Of a stretch of 64,000 bases of DNA, positions 1-13,500 are shown in pieces (position 1 is the stretch's first letter; each line of letters starts with the position of its first letter). The notes beneath the pieces were generated by a model. That model worked only from the letters and a program-made list of their open reading frames with translations, had not been told where the DNA came from and made no database searches. The DNA comes from Haliotis rufescens (lineage: Eukaryota): the NCBI RefSeq assembly GCF_023055435.1, contig NW_025963857.1, positions 558,001 through 622,000 of the forward strand, given 5' to 3'. Both the position numbers and the translations under genes were made by a program.

Positions 1-1262
1 TCCGGATCCTGCTAAGACATCTGAGCGCCACTTTCCCGGGGTGTGATATCATGCTATATCAGCCAGTTTCTCTTGCTGGTCCACTCTCGCTCAGTTTGTA
101 TGGTGACCTGACCCAGTGTTTTGCGTCATGCCTATTCTATATGAATACTGGGGAATCCCCGATTCCCCCCGGGGCATGTGACGTTCTATGGGTATTACTG
201 TATATGAGAGCACTGCGTACATTTACTATTGACCTTTCATTTAGGTTAGGTGGAGGACGTGATCAGATATACCTTTCCATATACAATCACAGTGATGTAT
301 TTGGTGAGTATTACAGTTTTGCTCTATTATTATTCAAATATTGCACTAAATACCCGTGGCTATTACTTCACTAATTATATTTAAGAAATAAACGACGAGT
401 TTTTTTTGGGGGGGGGAGGGGTTTATCGAAAAATAAAACACAGCAGGCATTGGGCCCCTCATGGTTTATTCTCGCTGCAGTGTTTTATTTTTACTATAAA
501 AAAACCCCTCCCACTCGTGTGTGTGTGTCTGTGTGTCTGTGTGTGTCTGTGTGTCTGTGTGTTTTGGTTAGTTATATTTTCCCTGGTTCCTTAAGTCGGC
601 AGTTATGTTAATAGCAAAATGTCGCTTAAACATCTGATACGTTTGTGGTTTACAATGTCCAAGCAGAATCTGTTATATGTGACTGTCCTTGATAAACAAT
701 ACCGTGCCGGCAGTACCTAGTAGTCACATTCTCTAAGTATCTATTAGTGTGAATTCACCAATTAAGGTAAGACAAATGCATATGTTCATCATGCTCCAAG
801 GGGCAGTAGTGAACGTTATGTGATATGATAACATCGCTACTTGACAGTCTCCTTGACAATGATGCTTAACCTTGACGAATTATATTTAGAGCCGATAAAA
901 CAGCTATATAATGCATATATTAAACTGAAATATATTCTTTGATATCTTTTTTTCACTTTGTTGCTTTCTTTTTTATTTTTGATACCCGAAGGCATTATCT
1001 AGTTTATGGCCAAGATGTTTTCCCCTTTTTTATATTTCTTCAGGTAGTCTAGGGTTAATATCTCTAAGAAAACATGATATATGTAATTATAGGAATATTG
1101 TTTGGGATGGTGGGAGTGAAGAAAACGATGATTCTGATGTTATGAATTGTTTGTTGTCAGCTAGATTTATTATATACAGGTGTAAAGTACGAAGTAGGAA
1201 CAATTTATGGATAACAACTTTTTTATTTTACTGAAAAGGCGACGTTTCGGTAAGCAATAGTT

Positions 1263-1900
1263 TTCCGCAATGGTGGAAAATTAAGATCGGACGCAGAATG
1301 GTCTAATGACAATCGGGAACTTGAAGGTGTAGATAGATTTAGCTATTTAGGAAATGTTATTAAATGTAACGGTCCATTGCCAATACACAGAAAACATTAG
1401 CAGGAAAGGGATTAAAATGTGTGAATTGGTTCACTCCCAATTGTCAGGCGTGCCAATCATCGGACAGGTCAGTGAAGAGTGACTAGTAGCACTGCCTAGT
1501 CTTACCTACTTAATTGATGAGCATCTCCCAACTGTGAGCTGAGTAAGATACTTCAACTAGTGTATGTTTATGCGTCGTGTTTGATGTCCGTTCTTTGCTC
1601 ATTGAAATAGAACACGGGACTCTGTGCATGTTAATAAAATCGGTTGACCTTAGAGTTTATTTTGCAATCTTATCAAGTGAATTAAATGCTAGAAAGAATA
1701 AGAACGTATTAAAAAGATGAACTTCTCCATAACATGAACAGAATAGAAGTTATATTCAAAACGAAAAGTTGGTCTACAGCAATTAATAGAAGCCGGATTT
1801 GAGATAATTTGCCAAATACATGATAAATGTTTTATTATTATATATCAACAACTGTTTTATTTTATTATCACTTGGTAATATTCAGTAATATATTTAACTA
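1263..1900 (+). mobile_element. Decayed LINE ORF2 fragment (RT thumb region and 3' end)
   Basis: The frame from 1263 reads FRNGGKLRSDAEWSNDNRELEGVDRFSYLGNVIKCNG, the typical non-LTR RT 'E.V..F.YLG' motif. Confidence 0.65.
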
Positions 1901-2573
1901 TATAATTTTGATACTTTGGACATATTAATAAGAAATGTCTCTGCTTTTTACACTCCACCTTTCACCATTACGTAAGGAATCATTTACGAAAAAGCATTAC
2001 ATTTTGCGTATAATCCCACATGTAGTATATGTAGGGTTTCCATGCCCGCAGTCTCCCACATCAGCACCCCAACCTCTTCAGATTTTTGGAACTGGTACAA
2101 GGTATTGAGATGTCACAAGGTGCTAAGCTGACCCAGATAGACTTTGGTGTTGCTCCCCCACCCAGGAAGAAGGTGTACAGAGAGTCTGAGGTGAGACTGC
2201 TGCGTCTGAGGGAGAGGTTGTGCACTGGGCAGAGTGAGTGAGTAAGTTTGGTTTAACGTCCCTTTTAACAGTATTCCAGTTATACCACGGCGTGATGGCG
2301 TGCCCAAGGGACGCAACTCTGCACAGCGAATTGCGGCGCCTTAGACGACTGGGCCACCCGTGCCCCCTCACTGGGCAGAAGACTCCTCGAATATTTTGAT
2401 GAGGTTGGACATTTGCTAAAGCTGGGTTGAGCAACAATAATTTAGTTCTTTGTCATTTGTATATGGATGTTCCACTTTACACTAAGGTAAACAGGTAACA
2501 ATTACCAGTGCACTCAACCTTACATTATCCCGGAATAATCCATCTGACAATTGGGAGGTTACCTGTGATTAGC

Positions 2574-2803
2574 TTGTTGTTTAACGCCACACTCAGCAAT
2601 ATTCCAGCTATATGACGGCGGTCCGTAAATAATCGAGTCTGGACCCGACAATCCAGTGATTAACATCATGAGCATCGATCCACGCAATTGGGATTGATAA
2701 CATGCATCAACCAAGTCAGCGAGCCTGACCACCCGATCCCAAGGGTAGCTTGTTACGACAAGCATGGGTTGCTGAAGACCTATTCTACCCCGGATCTTCA
2801 CAG
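2574..2803 (-). mobile_element. SINE family B copy
   Basis: Reverse complement of family B, with the single-hairpin head variant. Confidence 0.85.
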
Positions 2804-2979
2804 GAAGGTGACCTGTTATTGTACCCTCAAAAATAGAAAACACCCAAAACGCAATGTGCATTATTTGCTGCATTTGTTTTATCCACCAGGAACTATGGAT
2901 GTGAGATATGGGGATTTGCTAGCTGTATCTAAAAAATGGAATTTGACAGACACCCTTTGTATGTAAGTAGATATGGTTG

Positions 2980-3400
2980 TATTCTTAAATAAGAAATAAC
3001 TATATTACAAACAGTGTATACAATAACATTACTTCTGGTACAAAGAAATTTACGTTTTGGGCTAATGACGTTAAAAACATGTTACATTTACATAGATTTA
3101 GTTCTATCTAGGAGGAGCTCACGTCTGTAAATAGTAAGACATTTCTAGTTACCTTTAAGTAAAGATTGGTTGATGTTATATTTATGCAGAAATGGCAAGA
3201 TGATAAGTAGCAATGGAAAATTGGTTTTATATAAGCATATCAAACAAACGTTTGGTTATGAGTTGCATTTAAATGTCATAAATAATAATGAAAGCAATTA
3301 CTTTGTTTAGAACATATTCACATACATTTCAAATGGAAATTGTAAGATGTTAAAATGTACCGAGAGAAGAGGGGTTTAGGGTAAATTGTACGTATAATAA
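2980..3400 (+). mobile_element. Decayed LINE ORF2 C-terminal fragment
   Basis: FWANDVKNMLHLHRFSSI*EE...FLVTFK*RLVDVIFMQKWQ resembles the W...VK..L....F......FK.RL.D...Q.W segment of L2/RTE-X-like ORF2. Confidence 0.55.
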
Positions 3401-5658
3401 TCAGTTTGTTGATGAAGATGAATGTCATATTATCCTAATCACCCCAAATATGTAAATAAACGTACACTATATATTTAAAGGTATAACTGGGTAAATCCTA
3501 TTGTTTATAAGCTTGTACACTAAGGTAAAGTTCTTGCATTTTGTAATCAGGTCATCATAAGACGTTATTGCGCTTTATAATTGCAGCATGCCCTATACCT
3601 ATGTACAGTAAATTAAGGTTATAACGAACTCAAAAGTACCACTAACTTTAGTTCGTTATAAGCATTTCGACTGTCAACATCTTGGATTAAGTCATGTGAC
3701 CACATCATGTTACTCAATTAGTAACAAAAGTGTCACTGTACATCTTTGGGTGAGTCATCAGTGTTATCAAACACTTTTGATGATACACCAGGGCGACTCT
3801 GAAAGAACCGACGAATGGCTTCTAGTTGCGTAGCCGTTTAGATGGTGTGAGAAGTTTTGGTTTGGTTTGGTTTGTTGTTTAAAACCGCACTCAGCAATAT
3901 TCCAGCTAAATGACGGCGGTCTGTAGATAATCGAGTCTGGCCCAGACAATCCAGTGATTAATATCATGAACTGTCAGAAGTTCAGGTTCGCGTGGTGGTT
4001 CTGTCTCAAGGTCATCATCGGAGTTGTGAAGGCCGGTGTTTCACTGTGTTTCACTGTGTTTCACTTTGTTTCTTCCAGCATCGACAGCAGTGATGATATG
4101 AAACTTAATATCGATGTTTAAAGTTTTCGCTTGCGTGGTGTATCTGCAATATGTATATGTATATTTTGGACGAGAAACCAGTTGGTTCCAGTTTAAATAA
4201 AGTTCTATTCTGTTAGGTTTCCGAATGGCAGTGTCAGGACAGAAGGCCAAGTCAGGGAGACTGTTGTGCCTGGTGCGTGCTTTTCATCGAGTATTGTCGC
4301 CAGTTCAGAACATTTCACAAGTACATATTTGTATCATTTATCGTTTGTGAGATGACCTCAAAAAATGTTTCGTCGAATTGAAATTGCGTTTCATGCGTCA
4401 CTAGAGAGTAGGACGGGAGTTTTGGCGCTGAATGGACGTGTACACCACCATTCCTGGCCAACTCGTGTTATTCCCGGCCAGCCGAATGTTACGGAAAGGG
4501 GCGAGTGGTGATGAATGGCATAAAAAGAAATCGAAGTCAATTCTTAGAAATAAACAATTAATGATAAACGCGACAAACCCCTTTCCATAGTTATAAGAAA
4601 TCTCTGCTATAAGCAAAGTCCCTTGTACACTTCCGACTACCATATCATGATAACGTGTTAAGTGAACAATAATACTTCACAGACGGCTTATATTATCAGT
4701 GACAAAAGAAAAACTGTGGATACGAAATTAGTGGAATGTTTAGCACAAGAACGGAACACAAGCCCCGCCCACTCTGTTATCAACCAATCTGGTAACAGGA
4801 TAGTCCTATAGTGCGCATGGGCTACATATTTAATCACATAAACGCAAAAGAGATTGCTTGGTTAGCCAATCCAATTACTTGTAATTTATTTATTGTGATC
4901 TATCTTGTTACTGCCATCGGAGTTTGAGCATGGTTACCCTTATGGCGAACAGGGTCAATTGTGACGTAACAAGCACATGACGTCACAAGCATATTGACGT
5001 CATGACATCCGCATAGGTCGGCCGGCCAGTTTGTACGGATGTTTACAAAAGAGCAACTTGCGTATCAGACAGCCAGATTATTCTCATGATAAATTCGTTT
5101 CCCGGAATCAGACAATTATACAGTTATGCGATGTTAGTAAGAGCTGTCCTTTCTGTACGTGTATACATATGAGTCCTTCCTGCTTGTCAAAGAAGTCGCG
5201 CAGTCCGTGGAGCGCGACACGAACCTAACGGCAAACGCTTTTCTGTACTCGTATTGTGATTCTAATAGGTTGGAAGGGTAATCCATCACACACAGCTCCT
5301 CAATGTGTTGACTCCATGTGTCCGTTGTGTCAAACAAAGGTCCAATCTTGCACTGCGTTTTGTTGCTGTCTGTTCAATAGGCGAGATGCGATACCATGTC
5401 ACAAAACCTGTGTTTTCCATGTAGTGTTATTTCCTTGTTATAGTGTACAATAGCATGTAACTAGATGATATTGGCACGGGAGGAACAGCAAAACAAATGC
5501 GTGACGTTAATTTTCCTGTGATGTTAATGAGGAAACTGATTTGAGTCGATATTTGTGTAATTTTATACAAACAAATGTCCTGTTTTCTCGAACAGCTTGA
5601 TCAGTTAATAATGGTGGAGTGAATCAAAAGAACGGAAGGTACGGATTATTTAAGCAGA

Positions 5659-6259
5659 AGTCCAGCAATATCACAGCATTAGTCCAGCAACATCACAGCA
5701 TTAGTCCCGCAACATCACAGCATTAGTCCAGAAACTTCACAGCATTAGTCCAGAAACTTCACAGCATTTCACCAGCAATATCACATCATTAGTCCAGAAG
5801 CATCACAGCATTAGTCCAGCAACATCACAGCATTAGTCCAGCAACATCACAGCATTAGTCCCGCAACATCACAGCATTAGTCCAGCAACATCACAGCATT
5901 AGTCCAGCAACATCACAGCATTAGTCCAGCAACATCACAGCATTTCACCAGCAACATCACAGCATTAGTCCAGCAACATCACAGCATTAGTCCAGAAACT
6001 TCACAGCATTTCACCAGCAATATCACATCATTAGTCCAGCAACATCACAGCATTAGTCCAGCAACATCACAGCATTAGTCCAGAAACTTCACAGCATTTC
6101 ACCAGCAACATCACATCATTAGTCCAGAAGCATCACACCATTAGTCCCGCAACATCACAGCATTAGTCCAGAAACTTCACAGCATTAGTCCAGCAACATC
6201 ACATCATTAGTCCCGCAACATCACATCATTAGTCCCGCAACATCACAGCATTAGTCCAG
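5659..6259. repeat. 22-bp tandem array (AGTCCAGCAACATCACAGCATT), about 27 copies
   Basis: Directly visible. Confidence 0.95.
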
Positions 6260-7380
6260 ATAGTTGTATCAAGGTTAGATATTTTTTCAGCTACAGATCC
6301 AGATTAGTTTTTATTTAAAACTATGAGCCTGCTTTTTGGGGGGTTAGAATTACACTTTGCAACAATGTAATTTTCTATATTTTTCAACAGTCTTGGAGCA
6401 TAATGATTTCTTTCAAGACAATTCGGGGACAATTTCTGTTTTCAGATAAAATCCCAGTGTTCCACACTGAAAATCACAGGGTAAGTAGTATTGAACATTA
6501 ACTATCCATACATTGTCAACCATTGAGATATCTGCATTTCCATACAAAACTAGTTGATATCTAGCGGAAATTTGTTCACAACTCATTGCGTTGGCTAGAA
6601 TACAACTTCAATATTAAAATTAATGACATGGGATTTCGCATGAATCATCATAGTAAGGCCTATTCTGTATAAATCTTTATTTAATTGGCTGGTCATTTGT
6701 CTTAGTTTGGTATGAATTATATTCCCAGATAAAGACTTACATCATATAGAGCCATGACCAAGAGGCGATATGTTTAATACCCAACGATCAACGACGACGT
6801 CCCATACTTGGAATAATGAGGTTTAGGTGGACATTTTGTCAATGCCGTCTCCGAGTTTAACAGACACATTCCTTTATCCGACAATATTGATTATTTGTCA
6901 TTTATGTACCATTTGATATGTACATGTTTTGTTTGTTTGTTGTTTAACGCTGCGCTCAGCAATATTTCAGTAATATGACGGCAGTCTGTAAATAATCGAG
7001 TCTGTACCAAACAATCCAGATATTGATATCATGAGTATCGATCCACGCAATTGGGATACGATGGCATGCATCAACCAAGTGAGAACCCGTTAGTCGCCTG
7101 TCACGGCAAGCAACATGTACGCTGGTCAGTGTGGGGGCCATCTTACATCCCTGTATCTCGCGTGTGACTCAAGTAACAGGTCACTGATAGAGATATCTCA
7201 GTATCACGCAAACAAGGCCCAATGGTGGAACAAATAGTAATAACTAACTTTGTTAAGGCGTGAGCTTTGAGCGTTAGGGTATAACGTCTATCTGATATAT
7301 AATATCGACAATTGTTTGCTGCGTACGTTAAAATCAGGAAGCCATTAACTACCATGTCAAAAATAATCTTTATGTGAGAA

Positions 7381-7648
7381 GTTTTGTTTATTTGTTGTTC
7401 AACGCCGCACTCACCAATATTCCAGCTATATGACGGCGGTCTGTAAATAATAATGTCTGGACCAGACAATCCAGTGATTGACATCATGAGCATCGATCTA
7501 CGCAATATGGATTTGATGACATGCATCAACTAGGTCAGCGAGCCTGACCACTCGATCCCGTTAGTTGCCTCTTACGACAAGTATAGTCACCTTTTACGGC
7601 AAGCATGGGTTGCTGACGATCTATTCTACCCCGGATCTTCACGGGTCT
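7381..7648 (-). mobile_element. SINE family B copy
   Basis: Full-length reverse complement of family B. Confidence 0.87.
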
Positions 7649-8038
7649 TATATGGGAAGTATTTTCGCTCCTTCGCGGAGTTCATCAGCGTATAAATATT
7701 ATTACATATTATAGTTAAAATGGATAGAATTATCATTAAACCGCCCGCATATTATCAGAAATGAGCGGGCCACTGTAACTTAATAAAGCCCTCATATTGC
7801 TTGACGACGGACCATTATCACGCCCGTTGGTAGGTGACGTCATAGGATAGGGTAGGTGACGTCACGTTCAATAGTGACGTCATCTGGTTTGTTCTATGAC
7901 GTTTCCATATTTGTAAAAGTGGGTCTGTGACATTCGTATTGATTGCAGTAAATGTTTCAAACCCGATATTGTTGTCATCATCATTGTCATATGTTGACGT
8001 CATCATAATATTACACTTTGGCTTTTAACACTCTTCTT

Positions 8039-8206
8039 GGGGCGGTCGGGTAGCCTAGTGGTTAAAGCGTTCGCTCGTCACGCCGAAGACCCGGGTTCGA
8101 TTCCCGACATGGGTACAATGTGCGAAGCCCATTTCTGGTGTCCCCCGCCGTGACAATATTGCTGGAATATTGCTAAAAGCGGCGTAAAACCATACTCACT
8201 CACTCA
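8039..8206 (+). mobile_element. tRNA-derived SINE family A (about 170 bp, (ACTC)n tail)
   Basis: A-box TAGCCTAGTGG, B-box GGTTCGATTCC, tail GCTGGAATATTGCTAAAAGCGGCGTAAAAC-(ACTC)n, and TSD AACACTCTT(C/A)TT. Confidence 0.9.
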
Positions 8207-8242
8207 CGAACACTCTTATTGGAAGTAAATTACAAGACCCAT

Positions 8243-8611
8243 ATCCTTGGTCGTCACATCCGGACGCCCTAGACTCACAACATCAATCCTTGGTCGTCAC
8301 ATCCGGACGCCCTAGACTCACGACACCCATCCTTGGTCATCACATCCGGACGCCCTGGACTCACAACAATCATCCTTGGTCGTCACATCCGGACGCCCTA
8401 GACTCACAACATCAATCCTTGGTCGTCACATCCGGACGCCTTAGACTCACAACACCGATCCTTGGTCGTCACATCCGGACGCCCTACACTCACAACTTCC
8501 ATCCTTGGTCGTCACATCCGGACGCCTTAGACTCACAACACCCATCCTTGGTCGTCACATCCGGACGCCCTAGACTCACAACACCCATCCTTGGTCGTCA
8601 CATCCGGACGT
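8243..8611. repeat. 43-bp tandem array, about 9 copies
   Basis: CTTGGTC recurs every 43 nt from 8246 to 8590. Confidence 0.95.
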
Positions 8612-9794
8612 CATCCCATGGTTGTCGTAAGAGGCGACTAACGGAATCGGGTAGTCCACCTCGTTGATGTCATGGTACCCCAATTGCGTCGATCGATGCT
8701 CATGATACCTATCATTAGATTGTCTGGTCCAGACTCGATTATTTTCAGCCCGCCGTTATATAGCTGGAATAGTGCCGAGTGCTGCCGACAGTTAACCTAC
8801 ACATACACATTGAATGTTTATGAAATAAACTGCCTCCACATTTTTGACAATTTGGGCGAAAATCTAATGATGAATTTATTGTGGCCTTATTAAGAGATTC
8901 CTTTATGAAACCGTATTCATTCAATCAGTGCCGATATCATAGCGGAAACCATACATCAAATCAAACATGGTCAGTAGGCTAACTATGATTGATGAAATGT
9001 ATCAACGTTTATGGCAGTTTATGGCGCTGTGAAAACTGCACTTGGAATATCTGAGTAGGTCAACACAGAAAACAATAGCGATGTGAAAATAATATTGTGT
9101 GTTTAAGCTATTTTATGTTCATATTTACAGTTTACGCCAGTTCATTAATCAGTGGGCAGGAAAACAGTATATTGTAGTCATGGTTTTTCATTTATGTTGT
9201 ACTTATTACACCAGTTTATAACATTTATCCAAACACACATTATTGGGGTGATTTGGTCCTTTATTTCATAGTATATTTAATCTGACAGTTTATGCACGTA
9301 ATGATCACACGGATTTCTCTGTCCCGTTGGCAAGTTATACCGAGCCAAATCAAATATATCAAATTTGCCAATTTCTATGAATAAATGACTATTTAATTTT
9401 TCATATCTGTCGATGATACTGATTATTTTGGTAACGAAATAAAACAATTATGATTGAAAAACCGGTTTTCAAATTACTGCAAATGGTCAAAGGGCACTAA
9501 TAGCGTCTATATGTTTAGAGAAGCGCCCGTAAAATATCTACATAACGGTACGTCATCCCACAGGAACACGTGTTTCACAACAAAGTCTTATACAGTCTCA
9601 CGGGGATGTATTTGGATTGTAATCACTTCCGTTAATTTACAGTATTACATAAAAGGTTTCTATGATTTAAATGTGTCAGTATGAAATATATTGACATCTT
9701 AGTTTCTTTACAGGACATAAATTAAAATCGCCATCCACATTAAGGTTATTTTATACAAGTATACCAGTAATTAATTAATATCCTTTCTGTCATT

Positions 9795-10040
9795 TTGTCT
9801 GTTTGTTCGGTGTTTAACGCCGTACTAAGCAATATTCCAGCCGTATGACGGTGGTCTTTAAAAAATCGAATCTGGACCAGTCAATCAAGTGATTGACTTT
9901 CATGAGAATCGATCTACACAATTTGGGATACAGCGATCCTGGCCAACCCGATACCGTTATATCTAGTCGCCTCTAACGACAAGCTTCTTTCGGCAAGCAT
10001 GGGTTGCTGATGACATATTCTCTACCCTGATCTACACGAG
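9795..10040 (-). mobile_element. SINE family B copy, diverged
   Basis: Reverse complement of family B. Confidence 0.78.
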
Positions 10041-10419
10041 CGAGCCAAATTACAACGCAATGCATAACAAATATATCCTGAAAATGAACAAACATTATTG
10101 AGGATTACAAGCGAGTGGGGAAAGGTTGTGTATGGTGCCACACTGGTTACAGGCGTTTATAGCGCTACTTTGGTGAAACTTTCCAGTGCTTGGATCATAC
10201 GTAACCAGAGCGGATTCGAACCCATTAAGAGCGGATCCTGGCAGATCGCTGTGAATAGAAAGACGTACATATTTTGTCTCAGTGATATTAAGAATTCAAC
10301 AATTAAATGTTTGTTTTGATATTTTCCTGAGTATTTCCAAAGACCCAAATCTATTTTATTGTCTCTGGTATAGTTTATTCACATTGCGCATCGTCGACAG
10401 CTCCTTGCTAGACGGAGCC

Positions 10420-10500
10420 CAGTACAACCCGGAAGTGTGGCATAACGGGTCACGTTGTTATCATGTGACTTGTCGAGTATGGCGACTTCCAGTGAACGGT
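10420..10500 (+). promoter_or_regulatory. Dysbindin proximal promoter motifs
   Basis: Ets CCGGAAGTG (about 10429) and YY1-like ATGGCG (about 10479) lie upstream of the ATG at 10591. Confidence 0.4.
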
Positions 10501-10590
10501 GATCTGTTCCACCCGTGTAATACAGCACTCTGAGAAACGCAGGAAAGGGTGCACATCTCTGGATGTCTTGAAGTATATCACGGCTTTACA

Positions 10591-13500
10591 ATGAGTGTGT
10601 TAGAGAGTATCAAGGGAACTTTCCACAGTGTACAGCAGGATATATTTGACGGGTAAAGTTTCTGTCATGTGGTTGACTTTCTAAACATTGATAATGACGT
10701 TGACGAACAACAGGAGCTGTTATCATATTGTCATCATATATATTGTTAAATGGGGTTCAGATAACATTGGAATGTACTTGCATGTATTGAATAACTCACT
10801 TCTGATCGGTATAGTGTTATATTCTCCTGCAATGCACGACCAGCCCCGTCAATATCAAGAAAGCAGTGAAAGTAGCGAGTTTCCGGGAGGTTATCTCAAT
10901 GTTGCATTAAAGGTGCAAGTGCAGATTTTAAAGGGTGTCAGCCATTTTTTATGTACATGATGTGAAGTTGATTTTATAAGAAATATGACATACATTATTT
11001 GATGCATTGCAGGGATGAGGTGCATAGTTAACACAAGTCCTCACTAGATCTCATGGGGTGCAGGCTAAAACCGCACTTCAGCAAAACTCGACCGATTTCT
11101 CTGGCGAAACGGGCACCGCTTTTGGCGAAAACGGCACCTCTATTTTTAATAACGATAACAACGATTTTTGTAGTAAAATATAGATCTATGGTTTATTTAC
11201 ATGGTATGTGATGAGTCTTGACTGTAGAGGCAACAGACTGGCCTCTCTGAAGAGCTCCGGGATCAATCTGTAGATTCCCAGGCACTGCTCACCCACCTTG
11301 TTATTGATACGTCTATGTGAGATATATAAGTTGAGTTCACAATAAGTTGAGTTGCGTATAAGCTAAGTTGGATTATAGTTGGAGTAGAGGCTAATTTCTA
11401 ATGTAAACTTGTTTTAACATCTCACAATTATTGGCGTTTGCAAGTTACAATGTAAGTTTAATATCATTTATTTGACCAAGGTAAAAAAAAATAAGGTGCT
11501 GTTTTTGCTTGAGTCGGGATGCTGTTTTCGCCAATGGGTGCCGTTTCTGCCCGGTGACGTTTTGCTGAAGTGCCGTTTTCGCTATAACTCATCTCATGTT
11601 CTTACCCTGCACAAAATGTATAATAATGTTCCAGATTGTAATTCTCAATACTTACTTAAGGCTGAAGGCGCTTACATCGTTAGATGCACAGCCTCGAATT
11701 GACATCCTCAGACGGCTGCGGACAGATGGAGTCAGTCTAGATGCAGGGGCTGATTTGCTCAACAAGTAAGTTCATAATGTATGTTACTGCTCATAGGTTG
11801 GTGTGGGCAGATGTTAGATATTGTGTGTGTGTGAATATCGGTCTCTGAGCAGGTCTAGATAAATTCCTGCTTGACTATCCAAAGATTTGTTAATCTGGAA
11901 TAATTTGGAATTTCATCAATTTGGACAATTTCGCTTGGGATGGTGCTGCTTGGAACAACAGCGTTAACTGTTTAACTTCAGTTTGTTTTCTGATGTTGTA
12001 GATATCAGAGGACATGGAAAGAACTCCAGACATGCACATCTCACACAGCCAAAAAGGCAGAGGTGAGTCCTTTTCATGCACAGTAGGCAATGGATATTTT
12101 AGAACAATAACTGGCTTAAATTTTTAAATCTGTCAGAATCAGGCACACACAAAAGTTCAAAGAATTGCAGTGATTATTATATTTTCTTTTATCGATGAGT
12201 AGACACTTACGAAAACCTAATGTTGCCGTTATGGTAGCATAATATTCAATAAAATATTAAGTAATTGAGGTAAGAGAAAATAATTGAAATTACGAGAAAA
12301 ACTTGAAATCTTGATACAGTTTTATCAATATTCAAAATAAGGAGAAATTTTCGAGTGAAATAAGAAGTGAAATAACGAGAAAACATTAGGCTGTTGTAGA
12401 AAGCAAACCCTATTCAGGAACGGAAAAATATCTTGGTACATCTTGATTTATAATTACCAATACCTGTTGCCTTTTTGCTTATGAAGTATGGCTGTGACTT
12501 GTTCGTCTAACTGTTGTGCAGGAGGTGGACAGCGAGATCGGTCAGCTGTACAGCAAGTGGAACAGACAGGTGGACACGGTCAGTCAGCTGGAGGAGGAGG
12601 TGGCCGAACTACCCGATGTCGTCACGCTCATCAAGAAACTGACCACAGATCTTGGTAGGTGTGTCAGAAATTGTATTTACGCCAAATATAGTGATAAAGT
12701 GACAAACAATGTGTTGATGATGGAGAGTTGACATAAGAATGTCAACTTTTTTATCGTTTCTGGCAGACTCTGATTGTCTGTCATGGCTTTATATTGAGCC
12801 CAGTTCGATTGGCTTGATGCTAAGGCTAGTCGTCCTGTGAAATTGGTGATACGAGTGAGAGAAATATTGCGCTTAGTTAGGGATGGGTATGGTTGATGTG
12901 GTGACATCACTTTCGAAACAAAGCTATGGTGGTGAACCTGGGGACCTGTCATTACAAGATGGAAACTATTATACATGTACACTGGAGGATGAGGATGACA
13001 GTCAGCCATGTGTGTCTCTGTCCCCAGGGTACATCAGGCGAGACTGTGAGGGGGTGGAGGGGGCCCTGGAGAGGTTGGAGAATGTCATTGATGAACTGGA
13101 ACAGCAGAAGAACGTGAAAGCCCACCTGGCTCAACTTGCTACCTACAAAAAGAAGAAGATGGAAGAGGTACAGAAGGTGAAAGGTCAGTTGGAAACGTTA
13201 ATCACAATTATTGTTGATGAGAGGCTGTGTGAGATCATGCCCTTCACATGTGAGGTCTTGATGTGAGATATTGCCGTAAATTCTTGATGTGAGATATTGC
13301 CGTAAGGTCTTGATGTGAGATATTGCCGTGAGGTGGTCTTGATGTAAGATATTGCTGTAAGGTCTTGATGTGAGATATTGCTGTGAGGTCTTTATGTGAG
13401 ATGTTGCTGTAAGGTCTTGATGTGAGATATTGCTGTAAGGTCCTGAAGTGAGATATTGCCGTGAGATCTTGATGTGAGATATTGCCGTGAGGTCTTGATG

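Noticed and set aside
2559-2966. Recurrent short ORFs such as ...ITGLSGPDSIIYRPPSYSWNIAECGVKQ
   Set aside because: These are translations of SINE family B copies, not a gene family.
8039-8112. tRNA gene calls for SINE A, C and D heads
   Set aside because: Each continues into a shared SINE body and tail with TSDs and occurs as dispersed, diverged copies.
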